From the NCBI GenBank assembly GCA_026025795.1, contig JAPEUG010000020.1:62001-89428 (forward strand): a stretch of 27,428 nt of DNA, read 5' to 3'. The notes beneath the pieces were generated by a model. That model did not search any database. It was given only the letters and a program-made list of their open reading frames with translations, and was not told where the DNA came from. This document shows positions 9,645 to 20,334 of the stretch, piece after piece. The translations under genes and the position numbers were made by a program. How positions within the stretch are numbered: the first letter of the stretch is position 1; each line of letters opens with the position of its first letter. This stretch comes from Thelocarpon superellum (taxonomy: Eukaryota).

Positions 9645-11260
9645 AGTTGTTGCTGCTGGTATTCTTGTTGTTGGTGGTGTTGCTGTTGCTGCAGCTGTTG
9701 CTGTTGCTGCTGATGCTGCTGTTGCTGCATCATCGCTTGATGCTGCGGCGCCAAAAGATGCACATCACCATTGAATGTGCTCTGGGTAGGTGGGGCGGAC
9801 TGCTGAGACAGAAATGGATTGTACGAGGGATTCATCATAGGTCCCAGCTGTTGGCCGTTTGCAGACGAGAGGCCCGGCTGGGTGAATTGCTGAGGGACTG
9901 ATGGGACGGGGGGCGCAAGCAATTGTTGATGGGGCGCCGGTTGGTAGTATTGGGCGGGAAAGCCTCCAGTGGCGTTGGGAAATAAGGGCTGCGAGACTCG
10001 AAGGTCCTGAAAAGACTGCTCCAGAGACGGCTGCGTCGATGATTGCATCGAATATGATTGCGGGGCGGCGTACGAGGGCGGGGCGGTCATTGGCGTCTGG
10101 GCCGCCTGAGCAAGATCTGGCTCCGTCGCCCTCCGCTGAAAGGGATTGTTCCCTACTTCAGCCGACCGTGGGCCATCGAAAGCCCGTGCGACAACATCAC
10201 TGGTAGTGGTGACGTGCGTCATGGTGCCATCGCTAAGCCTCACCAAAGTCTCAATGGAGCGTTCGAGATTTCCGTTCAAGCCTTTTAGAACGGAGGCGTT
10301 GCGTTTCTCGTCAATGAATCCCATGTCCCGCAACGTCGCCACCTTCGATTCCAGGCTGTCGCCCGAGCCGCCCACCGATGCTCCAAAAACGCGCGATTGT
10401 TTGTTCCGCAAGGCCGGGGAAGGTGCGCGAGCATTGAACCGATTTCGATCTGGAGAAGACGGCGACGAGCCGTATCCGCCCCGGGAGCGGTCAGTGGCGG
10501 GGAACGTGGCCGATGCCGCCCGAGTCCCCAAGCCGAACCGCTGGGTGGGCTTCGGAGGCAATGGCGGCGGCTCCTCAGAGCTGGTACTGCCGGTGTTCTG
10601 CCGATTGGCCAAGCTTGCGTTGGGTCGATGGAGCAATTGCTGCTCATACTTTTGCCGGATGAACCGCTCCATGGCCGCATCCACTTCGTCCACATCAAGC
10701 GGGATTGAGGGGGTGGAGTGGTGGGGATTGAATCGTAGGTTCGAGCTGGTATTTCCCACGCGTTTCATGTTCTGTTCCCATCTCAGCATCGGCCACTCCA
10801 AGGGGAGCTCCCCGGACCGTGCTCACTTCAACCTGATCGTTGGTCCAGGTGTCCATGCTCAAGGATTTGACCTTGGAGATGTGTGTCCCAAGCTTGCGAT
10901 GTAACGCTGCACATCGCATGCAGAGAAAGATACCCAACTATGAAGGTCGTAGTCCAGGTCAGCTATATGCATCTGGGCCGGATCTCGGGTCCGCGGGCAG
11001 CCTTCATAACAACAGAGCTTGCCGTCGATCCCGGAGAGAAGGATACTTGATAGCAACGGAACAGGGAGATACGCACACTCCAACTGGCCCATCCTGCATG
11101 CGTGCATCAGTCGCCTGTCAGGCGGCGGGCGAGAGCTGGGCATCATACCTGGATTCTTGGCCTGACAGTCTGCGCACCGATCATTCCCGGGCACCGATCG
11201 GATCAAGTCCTGTATAGCCCGTTCATTGCGCGCCTGCTGCCGCTTGTTCAGTGACGCCAT
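9176..11260 (-). CDS. GTS1: ArfGAP + UBA-domain protein (Gts1/Ucp3-like), 611 aa. Exons 11260..11149, 11093..11077, 10937..10827, 10771..9176
   Basis: The spliced product has the ArfGAP zinc finger CADC-x16-CMRC-x4-R, HISKVKSLSMDTW, MERFIRQKYE, a UBA motif (LRDMGF...NGNLERSIETL), three NPF motifs and polyQ. Introns of 55, 139 and 55 nt have GT...AG ends and keep the frame. Confidence 0.93.
9611..9727 (-). repeat. CAG/CAA trinucleotide tract encoding an interrupted polyglutamine stretch
   Basis: Encodes QQQQHQQQQQQLQQQQHHQQQEYQQQQLQQQQQQQQQQQ in the last ArfGAP exon. Confidence 0.95.
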
Positions 11261-12851
11261 GCTGGATGCGCGGTGTGTTCGGAAATGATGAGAAGGGGAG
11301 GGTGGTGGCGAGACGTGATGCGCTGCCAAGGGGCAACGACGGCGCTACCACGGTCGAGCGCTGGACGTGAGCGCATGGGCCAGCACCACCCCGGACCCAC
11401 GCAAGTGCCCAACTATAGCCTCCGAACCCACGGAAAGGCCCAGCAGGATTGCGAAAGGGGCTGCGACACGATCCCAGCCTCGGGCGCCTTGAAGTACCGG
11501 TTAGTAGACAAGGACGACGCGGGTCACGCTTACGGGGTGCGGGAATCTCTCCTCTTGCCTTCACTAAATTGCCTAGTTGATCCGTATTCGGGCGCGGTCG
11601 AATGAGGATGACTACGCCCTAACACCGCGGAGAAGTTCCAATCTGGAGACCAGGACCGTCCAAATGCGCTCCATCGAGGAATCTCTACGCCCGTTGTGCC
11701 AGCTCTGTGCCCGACTAGATTTCTTGTATTGTTCTGGTGGTCGATGGTCGACCACCGCCTCATCGGCAACACCATCATTCGTGCCGGTGCAAGCGTGCCC
11801 GCTCTTGTTGGACACGCAGGTGACTCTTCAGCCCATTGAGCATACAGATAGATGATCGACGCGAAAGCCTTTGGGTGCCCCATAGATTCACTCTAGAATG
11901 CCAATATGACCTGCCAGGCCATGGTCTATCGCCATGAGGACGAAGAGAGCGTTGGAGGTTGATTATGCATTCAGTATTTCTATGAAGTGTGACGAGACAC
12001 AGGTTCCTAATGATTGTGGCTTTAACTATGTAGTCATCCTCACCCAGCGTTAGCCGAGACGATTAGGGTCTTAGGCAATTACGTAAGGCGGTCGGAAGCT
12101 CGCCCACGGTCTTGGCCCCGGCGCGTTCGCCATTCTCCTCCCCGACAGACTTCGTTTTATTCTCGCCCACCCGGCGCTCGATTCCCCAAAGGGCCTCTTC
12201 TCATCCCCACCCACCCAAGTTTCAACTCCCTGAAGCATCGCGTCAGCTGTGTAGTTAATACGTGTGAAGCCAAGCCTACCTTCTACGTCCCATCCTTTCT
12301 GTTCCCATCCTTTCTGTTCTGCTCGTTCGTTTGTCCCGTCTATTCTCCCCATCTTGATCGCCTGTCCCATCACCAGCCGCGACGCGCCACGACATTGCCT
12401 ACCTCCAAGCCTCCGTTTCCATGGTCTTGAGGCATACTTTGAATCATCCGATCGTGGGAGAATGGAATCAGGGTTTTAGCAGGCCCGCGTCTGCTCCACC
12501 CCACTACTCCTGATCCACATGGAGCAGTGGGACTATTAATCAGACGAACATCTGGCCACAAACACCCACACGTTACGTGCACTCGGTGTGGAGTTGGGGT
12601 TCACCTCGAAGTTGGGTGTTACATCGCTGCTATGTCTCTGATGTTGACACGGTCGCACTCAAGGACATTGATCTCTCTACACCCGTCACGGTATTTCGAC
12701 GTGACCTCGACCGAACCCTCTTTGCAGCCCTCATAACGAAATCGTTCCCAATCGCCCCCGTCAAAGATTTTTTGTTTCCAACGCCACCATGTCTCTAGCA
12801 TACTTGAGTACCGATTCTCGTCGAGGACAGCGCGTGATCCACACATCTCCT

Positions 12852-15308
12852 TCACCGATCGGCGAAAGACATCAGGAATTTGGTGAGGAGCCGCGAGTTG
12901 TTCAGTGCGGCAAAGGAGCTTGGGACCGCGTAGGCAGCTTCCAACGTCGGAATGGACACGGACTTGGCAAGTTGGAAGTCCCCTGCGGAAGGCATCAGCG
13001 GTTGTGCCCACACGAACGAGTGATCCCGAGCACTCACAGTCGGTCGTTAGCACGATTCGCATGCTGTTGATCATGTCCAAAGTCGCCCGGTCCATCTGGG
13101 GGTAGGCCTCCGGATTCCATTCCCTTCGAAAGGGATTGAACCCAGACGATGAGTGGGACTTGTAAGACATGTGAAAGTCGCCACGGATGACGTCCACCAA
13201 CTGGTCCTCGATGAGTTGGCACAGGTGGCGACCTTCATCGCGAGTGCTCCGGTACACGTTGCTCGACATAAAATCCCTGCTGCGTCGAAGGCTATCAAAA
13301 ATCGTGACATCTCCAATTGTCAACTGCATCTGCTCGAGGGACATCATGAGTAACAAGGTGACAGGAAATGCCGTGGGCCAGGTTGACGTGGGCTTGCTTC
13401 TGATGTCTCGCAGTAAGCGCTCGAGCTCCGTGAACACCTCTTGGAAGGCTTCAATGTGCATTCGGCTGAGGACCCGCTTAATTTGCTTTCCGGCCAGTCG
13501 GGGGCACGAAGAGCTCCCAGCGTAGGTATCAGGTGCCGTGATCTTGTGGGTCATGATGAACGTAAGGATATGCAGGCGTAGCGTCCGGGTAAGAAGCGAT
13601 GACTAGTGTTGCGTTAGGATCCGGGAATATCGCATCAGGAAGCGAGGAGGCTCGCATGAAGCCACATACCTGGTTGTACCCAGACGCGGCATGGTAATGG
13701 CAAACGATACGTAAGACGGATCGTTGAAAATAATTCGGATGCTCCGCGCAATATAAATCCGGATAGTATGGCAAAAACGATGCCACAACGTCGTCCAGGT
13801 GCGCGCTGAGTACTTTCTCCGGCACGCTGCGAACGCCGACCGAAGTTGACTCGGCAAACCGCGGGATCGACTCCTTCAGCTCGGGGTTATACACGAACAC
13901 CGGATCAGTCAAGAGGTCGTCGGTCTTATTTTCATACCACTGAGCCTCAAATGAGAGGGGTCGGCCTAGTCCAAGGACCAGGGTGAGGGGAGGCATGGCA
14001 GTAACAATACTTCCAACGTGTTGCTGGAAGTACGCGTTGACCCTCTGCTCGGTATGGATTTCCGTGAGTAATTCTGCATGTGGATTAAGGTCAGTGATCG
14101 GCGGCACTGCTGAGAATGAGCACTAACCAGGAAGCGCAATGTTCACCAGTTCCACCAAGGGTAAATAATTGCAGGGGACTTTGTGGAAGCGAAAGTTGGC
14201 GTAGTTCCGACATCCTTCGCAGGGATATCCCATCGAGCACTGGCGTCGAATTAGACACATTCTGGCATGTACCACGGTTGGTGTAACGGGCTTACCGGCT
14301 TCTTCATGAAGTAACAGTGCGAGCACGCTCTTCGCTGTCGAATCAGATTCGTTTGCATTCTCTTTTCGTCGCTGAGCTTTTTGGTGCGCTTCGTCACCTT
14401 CTTTGCCCTCTCTGCGGATGTCATCTCAGCCTTGGCCGACAAGGGACGAAGAGGCAGGGAGCCCAAGGCGACCATGGCATTCTCTGGTGGATCATGTCCA
14501 AAGTCCATGCTGTATTCGCCGAATTCGTTTGATGATCTTTGGATTTCTCCGGAACCATTCGGCTCAACGGAGTGGAAGTTTGATTCCGCTTCGACCATGT
14601 CGAAGACTTCGTGACCCGTCTCGGGAAGCACGAGATCCATCATGGTGCTGGGCCCTACCGATAAGGTGCACCATGGAGAAGCTGACGGGACGTAGGCATT
14701 GCGGATTACCTGCTGCCAGCCTTCTTCCGATGGCGCGGGTGGATGAACGAGGGAGACGTCGAAATAGGCCGCATCGTCGGGGAGCTGTTCGTTGGCGTAT
14801 ATGCTGGCGTCAGGTAGGATCGGACTGTATCCCGCTGGTCCTTGGGCTGGTCCCGTGTTAGTGCGACTTCAGCAACAACTTCCTAGCACTTACCTAAACC
14901 ATTCAAATCATGGGTCGACGGGCCCGGAGGGAGGTTGAACCCGGCTGCAAGATCCAGGTTCAAGTTTCCATCTAGATGTGCGCCGTGATGATGATTCCCC
15001 TCAACGGAGCTGTTGGAAGTGATGGGCGTAGCGCAAGTGGGATCGACGCGACCATAGATGTAGGCATCATCGGATGACGTAGCCTCGGATACCATCGAGA
15101 CGTCGGGCTCGGAGTGAGTGTAAGGGGCACGCGGTGTGCGAGCCAGGGTGTTCTCCGGGGTGAGCATGCCATCTTCCGCGTTGGAGGCGTACTGCCCAAG
15201 GGACGAAGTGTCACTGCTCTTGGGATAGAAGTGCTGCGGATCTTGAAAGCCGGCACCTTCATAAAGATCGTAGAGCGCCGGATTGAAGTAGTTCGTAGAG
15301 CTCGCCAT
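12852..15308 (-). CDS. Zn(II)2Cys6-type transcription factor, about 725 aa. Exons 15308..14894, 14846..14296, 14239..14128, 14073..13670, 13602..13038, 12982..12852
   Basis: Five GT-AG introns (47, 56, 54, 67, 55 nt) with CTAAC/CTAAT/CTGAC/CTGAT branch points give one continuous frame. It contains a basic segment (KKVTKRTKKL...IRQRRA) followed by CSHC-x6-C-x5-CEGC-x12-C, and ends NSRLLTKFLMSFADR*. Confidence 0.85.
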
Positions 15309-17119
15309 GAGTTGGTAGTGAGTGGGCTGAACGGTGTGGTATACTTGACTGCACCTAAAACGGAGATGCCCCCTCAACGAGCCGGGCCAAGGCAGCACGA
15401 CGTGGCGGGGTGCGAGGGGGCGCGCACGATGATCGAGTAGATCACGACGTGACTGGGAGAGCACACGATAAACCTCGATAGAGGGGTCTTTTATAGGAGT
15501 GGGTACTACTCTGCGAGATTGGCGCAACTCAGGTATGCCTAAATGACAAGTGATTGGGGCACCGCCATCCACTCACCTAGATGCCGGCTAATGCAAAGGC
15601 ACCGGCGTGAGACTGTGCGAGAGAGGATGACCCTGGCCTAGCTACCACCGGAACCGGCGAAGCACTCGCACTATTTTGAAGCGGCATCTCCCGGCCCACT
15701 TCCTATAGGCCGATGCAATGCAGCGCTTTGATGCGTGGTGGGCGGTGGTGGTCGCACGAAAGCATGCGTGGTGGTTGGCGGAGGCACTTCTGCCGGCTGG
15801 GCAGACCGAGCAAGCCTCGCCGACCACGCGGACACACGGCGAGCACAGCCCATGGCCGGCTCCAGATCTAAGGAACGCTCCGCCAAGCCGACCACATTGT
15901 CTGCACGCCGCCACCCGTCGTCCCTATGACCCCACCATACCAGACATATGTACACAGGCGTCGAGATAGGATCGACGACCTATTTGGCGGACTACCACGA
16001 GGACTCCTCTCTGCTGGACTGGCTTGCGGGACGAGGAACTCCGCCATGGCCGCTCGCTGGCCTGTTGCTTGCATCGCTGATGCGTCGCAGAACCTTCGTC
16101 CGCCGCCGAGAGTACCTGTGCGTTTATCTCCGTGCCACAAACAATTGACTTTGTTGCGCGGCGCCCGAAACTATTGTCATCCGACCTTAGTGGGGCTCGA
16201 TCGTCCCAAAACCCGACTGTGGATCTCCGAACACCCACCTGTCGCGTCGAAGGCGCGTTGGCACCTCACGCCTCAGGTTGACATCCTTGACACCCGGATG
16301 CCCGGATGCCCGGTTGCCAAATCATAGCGCGAGCCAAAGTCAACAGAACTCCATAGGGAGCCGTGGGTTGGTGCGCGCTTAGACCTCTGTCAGGCCCCAG
16401 GCGAGCGGACGCGTATCAACGGACCGGTACGGCCACGCGTGCGTTATACCCGGGTGACGTAGGTAACATACTCCAACAAACGTCTGGGTAAACCTCTGGA
16501 TTTTTCCGAAAGGCCCTGTGCATAGCGAGCACCAACCACACCGTAACCTGCTCGATCGGCCAAAGTGCGATGCGCTGTGCGCATGAACCACCGATGTGCG
16601 CCATCGTATTTCGATTGCTTGAGACAAAGAATAAACTCCTGCTGGCCACGCACGCCCGCTCGAGAGATGAAGCGACGTGACAACGCCAGGGTCTACCGTG
16701 AACCAGTACTTCGTGCTGTTGGTTGCGAACACCGACGTGTAGAGGGGGTGGGGGGGGAACACCAGTCTCCGCCAGCGCCTCGCCGGCTGATAGACACTTC
16801 AACTTCCGAAGTGGGCCCAAATCTTGGTGCCTAGGGAGCGAACGTTTCACCGGCCGTCAAAATAACAGACAATGCCTTTCACGCTATTATACATAGCGCT
16901 GTCAGAGCGTGTCAGTCTTGGGCTTTTCATCTACGCCCTACACCTTCCGCCTGGCTGCCTGACTGGGAAGGATGAGTGTCCCGGGGCAAGACGTGTGATT
17001 TGGAGGCGCCTGTCAGACACGGACGTGCTTGGAGGGGTGACAGTCAAACGCTCAGTAATCGTAGTGGCTGCGTGCTCGTACTAATCATACCTTAGTGGGT
17101 AGCTGTCTAGTCATTTTGC

Positions 17120-17201
17120 TTAGTAAATAGCGGGGGCGATGACTTGAGTCAGTGGCGGCTGGAACCACACTCACGCACCCCCGCCCGCCGCAGTCCAATC
17201 A
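17120..17201. promoter_or_regulatory. Cluster of consensus TF sites: TTAGTAA (Yap1-type), GCGGGG (CreA-type), TGAGTCA (Gcn4/CpcA), CCAATCA (CCAAT complex)
   Basis: Exact matches at 17120-17126, 17130-17135, 17145-17151 and 17195-17201 in non-coding DNA; the target gene is unknown. Confidence 0.3.
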
Positions 17202-18210
17202 GAGCAACTATCGAAGTCGAATCTGTCTCGCCGAGGCCTGACGAGTGCGGTCCGGTCTCCTGTCTTGCTCGCCGTGGGAACTAGAAGTTTCTGGAGGGCT
17301 AACCAGAGTAGTACTACGGTTCCTACTTTTTAGTAGTACTACTTAGCAGTAGCCACCATCCACAAATGTTCAGCTATTGCCATGCTACTTCCACAAGTGC
17401 TAGTACCGAGCGCAATGTCAGTAGCTGCTGCGCAGCCCTGCTGAGGCAACACAGCGCGTGTGCCTGAAATTAGCGGCATCTTGAATGGACGTGAATGCAC
17501 GGCTTCCGTCGTAGATGCGCCGTGGCTACAAGCCAGCACTTGCTCGACACCTTCACGAGTCGGAGGTCCTCTGCGTGCCGCCTCATCTTCTTGTGCCGGC
17601 CGGGGCTATATTTGTGCGGAGGAGCAGTAGGCGGAGGAGGTGGCGTTGGGACTGCTCGAGCCTTGGGCTCTCGAGCGTGGAACGGCGCCGTTTGTTTCGT
17701 CCGATGGTATCATACAATACAGCACGCAGATCAGGTCGAGGCAATACCTCCTGACGGACGTGGGGCGCGGAGATATGGGTAGTACTACAGGGTAGCATCC
17801 CCCACTCCAAGCCAATGTGACGGGTGGCTATTGGATCTCGTCAGAACGGCGAGCGGGTACCACACGTCCTTCGTACAAGTCATTCCTCAACAACTTTCCC
17901 GTCGCTGTGGAATTCACGACCCACATCGTCCCTGCATGCAGAGCCGCATCATAGCAAAAGGTGCAACATGCTCGCACTACGATACCAGTACACTACTAGA
18001 GGCTAATCCTGGACGATGACTGCGGAGGGAAGTGATTGCGATATGCACTATCATGAGGAAATGGTTGGCTGGAGCTCGGCCCTCGTCGTTCAGACAAGTG
18101 CACGCAGAAGGAATTGACATGGAGGCAAAACAGACTCTGGGCTCGGTCTAAAGACACGAGATGACTCTAGCCATGCCACGATAGATGAAAATCGCCGCAC
18201 TGAGGAGCCT

Positions 18211-19475
18211 CTACGACGAATGTGACGGCTTAAACACCATCCGCTCGCTCTCGCTCGACTTGAAAGGCACGCCAAGCTCGAACAGCTTGACGATGACATC
18301 CCGAAATTCATTGAAGAAAGCGTCATTGTCCTTGGCGTAGCGCTCGACGTGCTTCTTGAAGCTCGAGTCCTTGACCAAGGCCATGTCCGTGGGGAGCATC
18401 ATCAGCGTCTTGGTCGTCTTGTCTTCGTACTGTTTCGGTCCATTCCACTACCGGCGAACGCGTCAGGATCCTCACAAGAGCATAGAGTGCACTCATGGGG
18501 AAGCGTACCTTCTTCCATTGCCACTTCTCATCCAGTAGCAGTTTGTAGTAGTCGTTGGTCAGGATGGTCGGGCTGAAGGTCCACGGTCCATCATACCCGC
18601 TCCGATCGGTGTGGCAGCGTCCCAAAGCGTGAGCGCCACTCAACGCCACGATCTCGCGGTCGTCGAATCCCATGCGTCCGAAGATGGCCCGGAGATGGCT
18701 TTGTTCCTTGCTGGCATCGGGCAGTCGCCCATCAGGCGTACACAGTGACACGTCGGCGTCCAATCGGCCCGGCCGCCACGGGATGGTTGGCCCGTGCATC
18801 TCCTGGATCGCGGCGACGCCAGAGAGGATCCACAGATCCGAGTAGGAGATCCAGGGAAATTGTTGCTTGATCGGCTCGAGGAAGTCCCGGGCGACTTGGA
18901 GTCCGGCATTGGCCCCATGGTCACCTTCGGGAGCGAAGCGCATCGTGGCGCCGTTGGAGCCTCCTGTATTCGTCGCACTATCATACCTGTATCAAACGTC
19001 AGTATCCGCCTTCGCTCCGCCCATGTCATCACTCGGTGGGGGGGCGGCCATACGTTCCCGAGGCGTGCCACGCCAGCCGTACAATTACTGGCCCGAAGCT
19101 GCCATCCTCGTACTCGTCACGCTCTTCGATCTTCTTCGCAACCGCGGCGTAGACTTTTTGAAAGTCCTCATACTTCGGGGTGGTCACGACGTTCTTGGCC
19201 GACGCCCCGGAGATGAATTCAGGGACCTTTCCTTCATTCACAACGAAGTGATAGTATCCTGCTCCGCCGGCGGCGACGAGAGCGAGACCCCAGTAGATGC
19301 CCGAGCCGGACGACTGGCCCGCGGGACCCGAGGCATAGCCACGGCGGAAGGGACGAGCCGGTGGCGGAGGGAGAGAGAATCGGGTGGCCCGGCGCGCCGT
19401 CAGCTGGCTCCCCGACGACGGTGCAGTAGAGGGGCGGAAGGCAGCGCGAGTAAATGATCGTGCAATGGTAGCCAT
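18211..19475 (-). CDS. CCP1: Mitochondrial cytochrome c peroxidase, 378 aa. Exons 19475..19054, 18986..18509, 18447..18211
   Basis: Class I peroxidase motifs [11 protein letters not shown] (distal Arg/Trp/His), [19 protein letters not shown] (proximal His), GPW (radical Trp) and MMLPTD. Arg/Ser-rich presequence plus hydrophobic stop-transfer segment [16 protein letters not shown]. Introns of 67 and 61 nt. Confidence 0.97.
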
Positions 19476-20069
19476 CGTCGCAGTGTTGGATGCGGACAAG
19501 CGTCGTCTAATCCGGGATGAGACCAGGCGAAGAGGGTGGAATGGCGAGAATGGCGAGGCTGCTTGTTGTAAAGCTGGCCGAGATGGCAACACCTTCGACG
19601 GACGGACCTCTGTTGGTGTCTCGCCTCCCAACTCTCGCCTCTGTCCCCGGCATAGGCCTGGAGTTCATACAAGTGAAAATGTCGCAAGAATACACCAATG
19701 CTGAGTCGTCAGGCTCTTACCTCTATTCGGCTTAGTGCTTCCCGAGACGAGCCGACGTTGGGAGGATCAGGAGGAGCTAAGCACGAGGTCACGTTACCGT
19801 CCACACACTGACCATTTCCGGAACTGCCATTGGCGAATTTGGCGGATATTGGTCGCGAAGTGATCGATCGCCCTCTTTCTCTCATTTTCACTTTCCTGGC
19901 CACGATCATATGACGAAATTGCAGGAGACATTTCCAGAAGGAAGGTGATTACGATGTTTGGATTGAGTGATTACACGGCCTACGCCACTTCGCAACGTCA
20001 TCCGGCGAGGTCTGACGAGGGTCCCCGGAAAGATGGCCGGTACAGTAAGAGCGATGTCGAAAAGGTCAG

Positions 20070-20097
20070 ATCGAAGGCCATCGAAGGCCATCGAAGG
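20070..20097. repeat. 10-bp tandem repeat (ATCGAAGGCC) about x2.8
   Basis: ATCGAAGGCC ATCGAAGGCC ATCGAAGG read directly. Confidence 0.85.
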
Positions 20098-20334
20098 AAC
20101 TTTAAGAGCCACGAGATGCAGGGTAAGCGCCTCAGCTCCGAAGACATATTACTATGTATAGCAAGAGCTGATGGGCTCGATGAGTCGTGTCCGGGGTATC
20201 ATGTGCGAAGCGCGCGCAGGCAAGATCAAAACCCCGTCCCAGGTGATAAAGGAGCCGCAGCCGTAAGGAAGGTCGTGTCGAGATCCTCTCTGGGGAAAGA
20301 CCGAGGGGAGACGCGATGGATAGGTGAGAAAAGT

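Noticed and set aside
10146..10904. Long plus-strand ORFs opposite real genes (also 18867..19457, 21124..21804, 22310..22957)
   Set aside because: Antisense shadows caused by GC-rich codon usage of the minus-strand genes.
10938..11076. Longer ArfGAP intron 2 (139 nt) as a possible stwintron or snoRNA host
   Set aside because: No internal branch/acceptor that would regenerate a valid in-frame donor, and no clear C/D or H/ACA box arrangement.
18981..18989. CAG|GTATGA at the CCP1 intron 1 acceptor resembling a recursive splice site
   Set aside because: The GTATGA bases encode the conserved T-Y-D of CCP and are required as exon.
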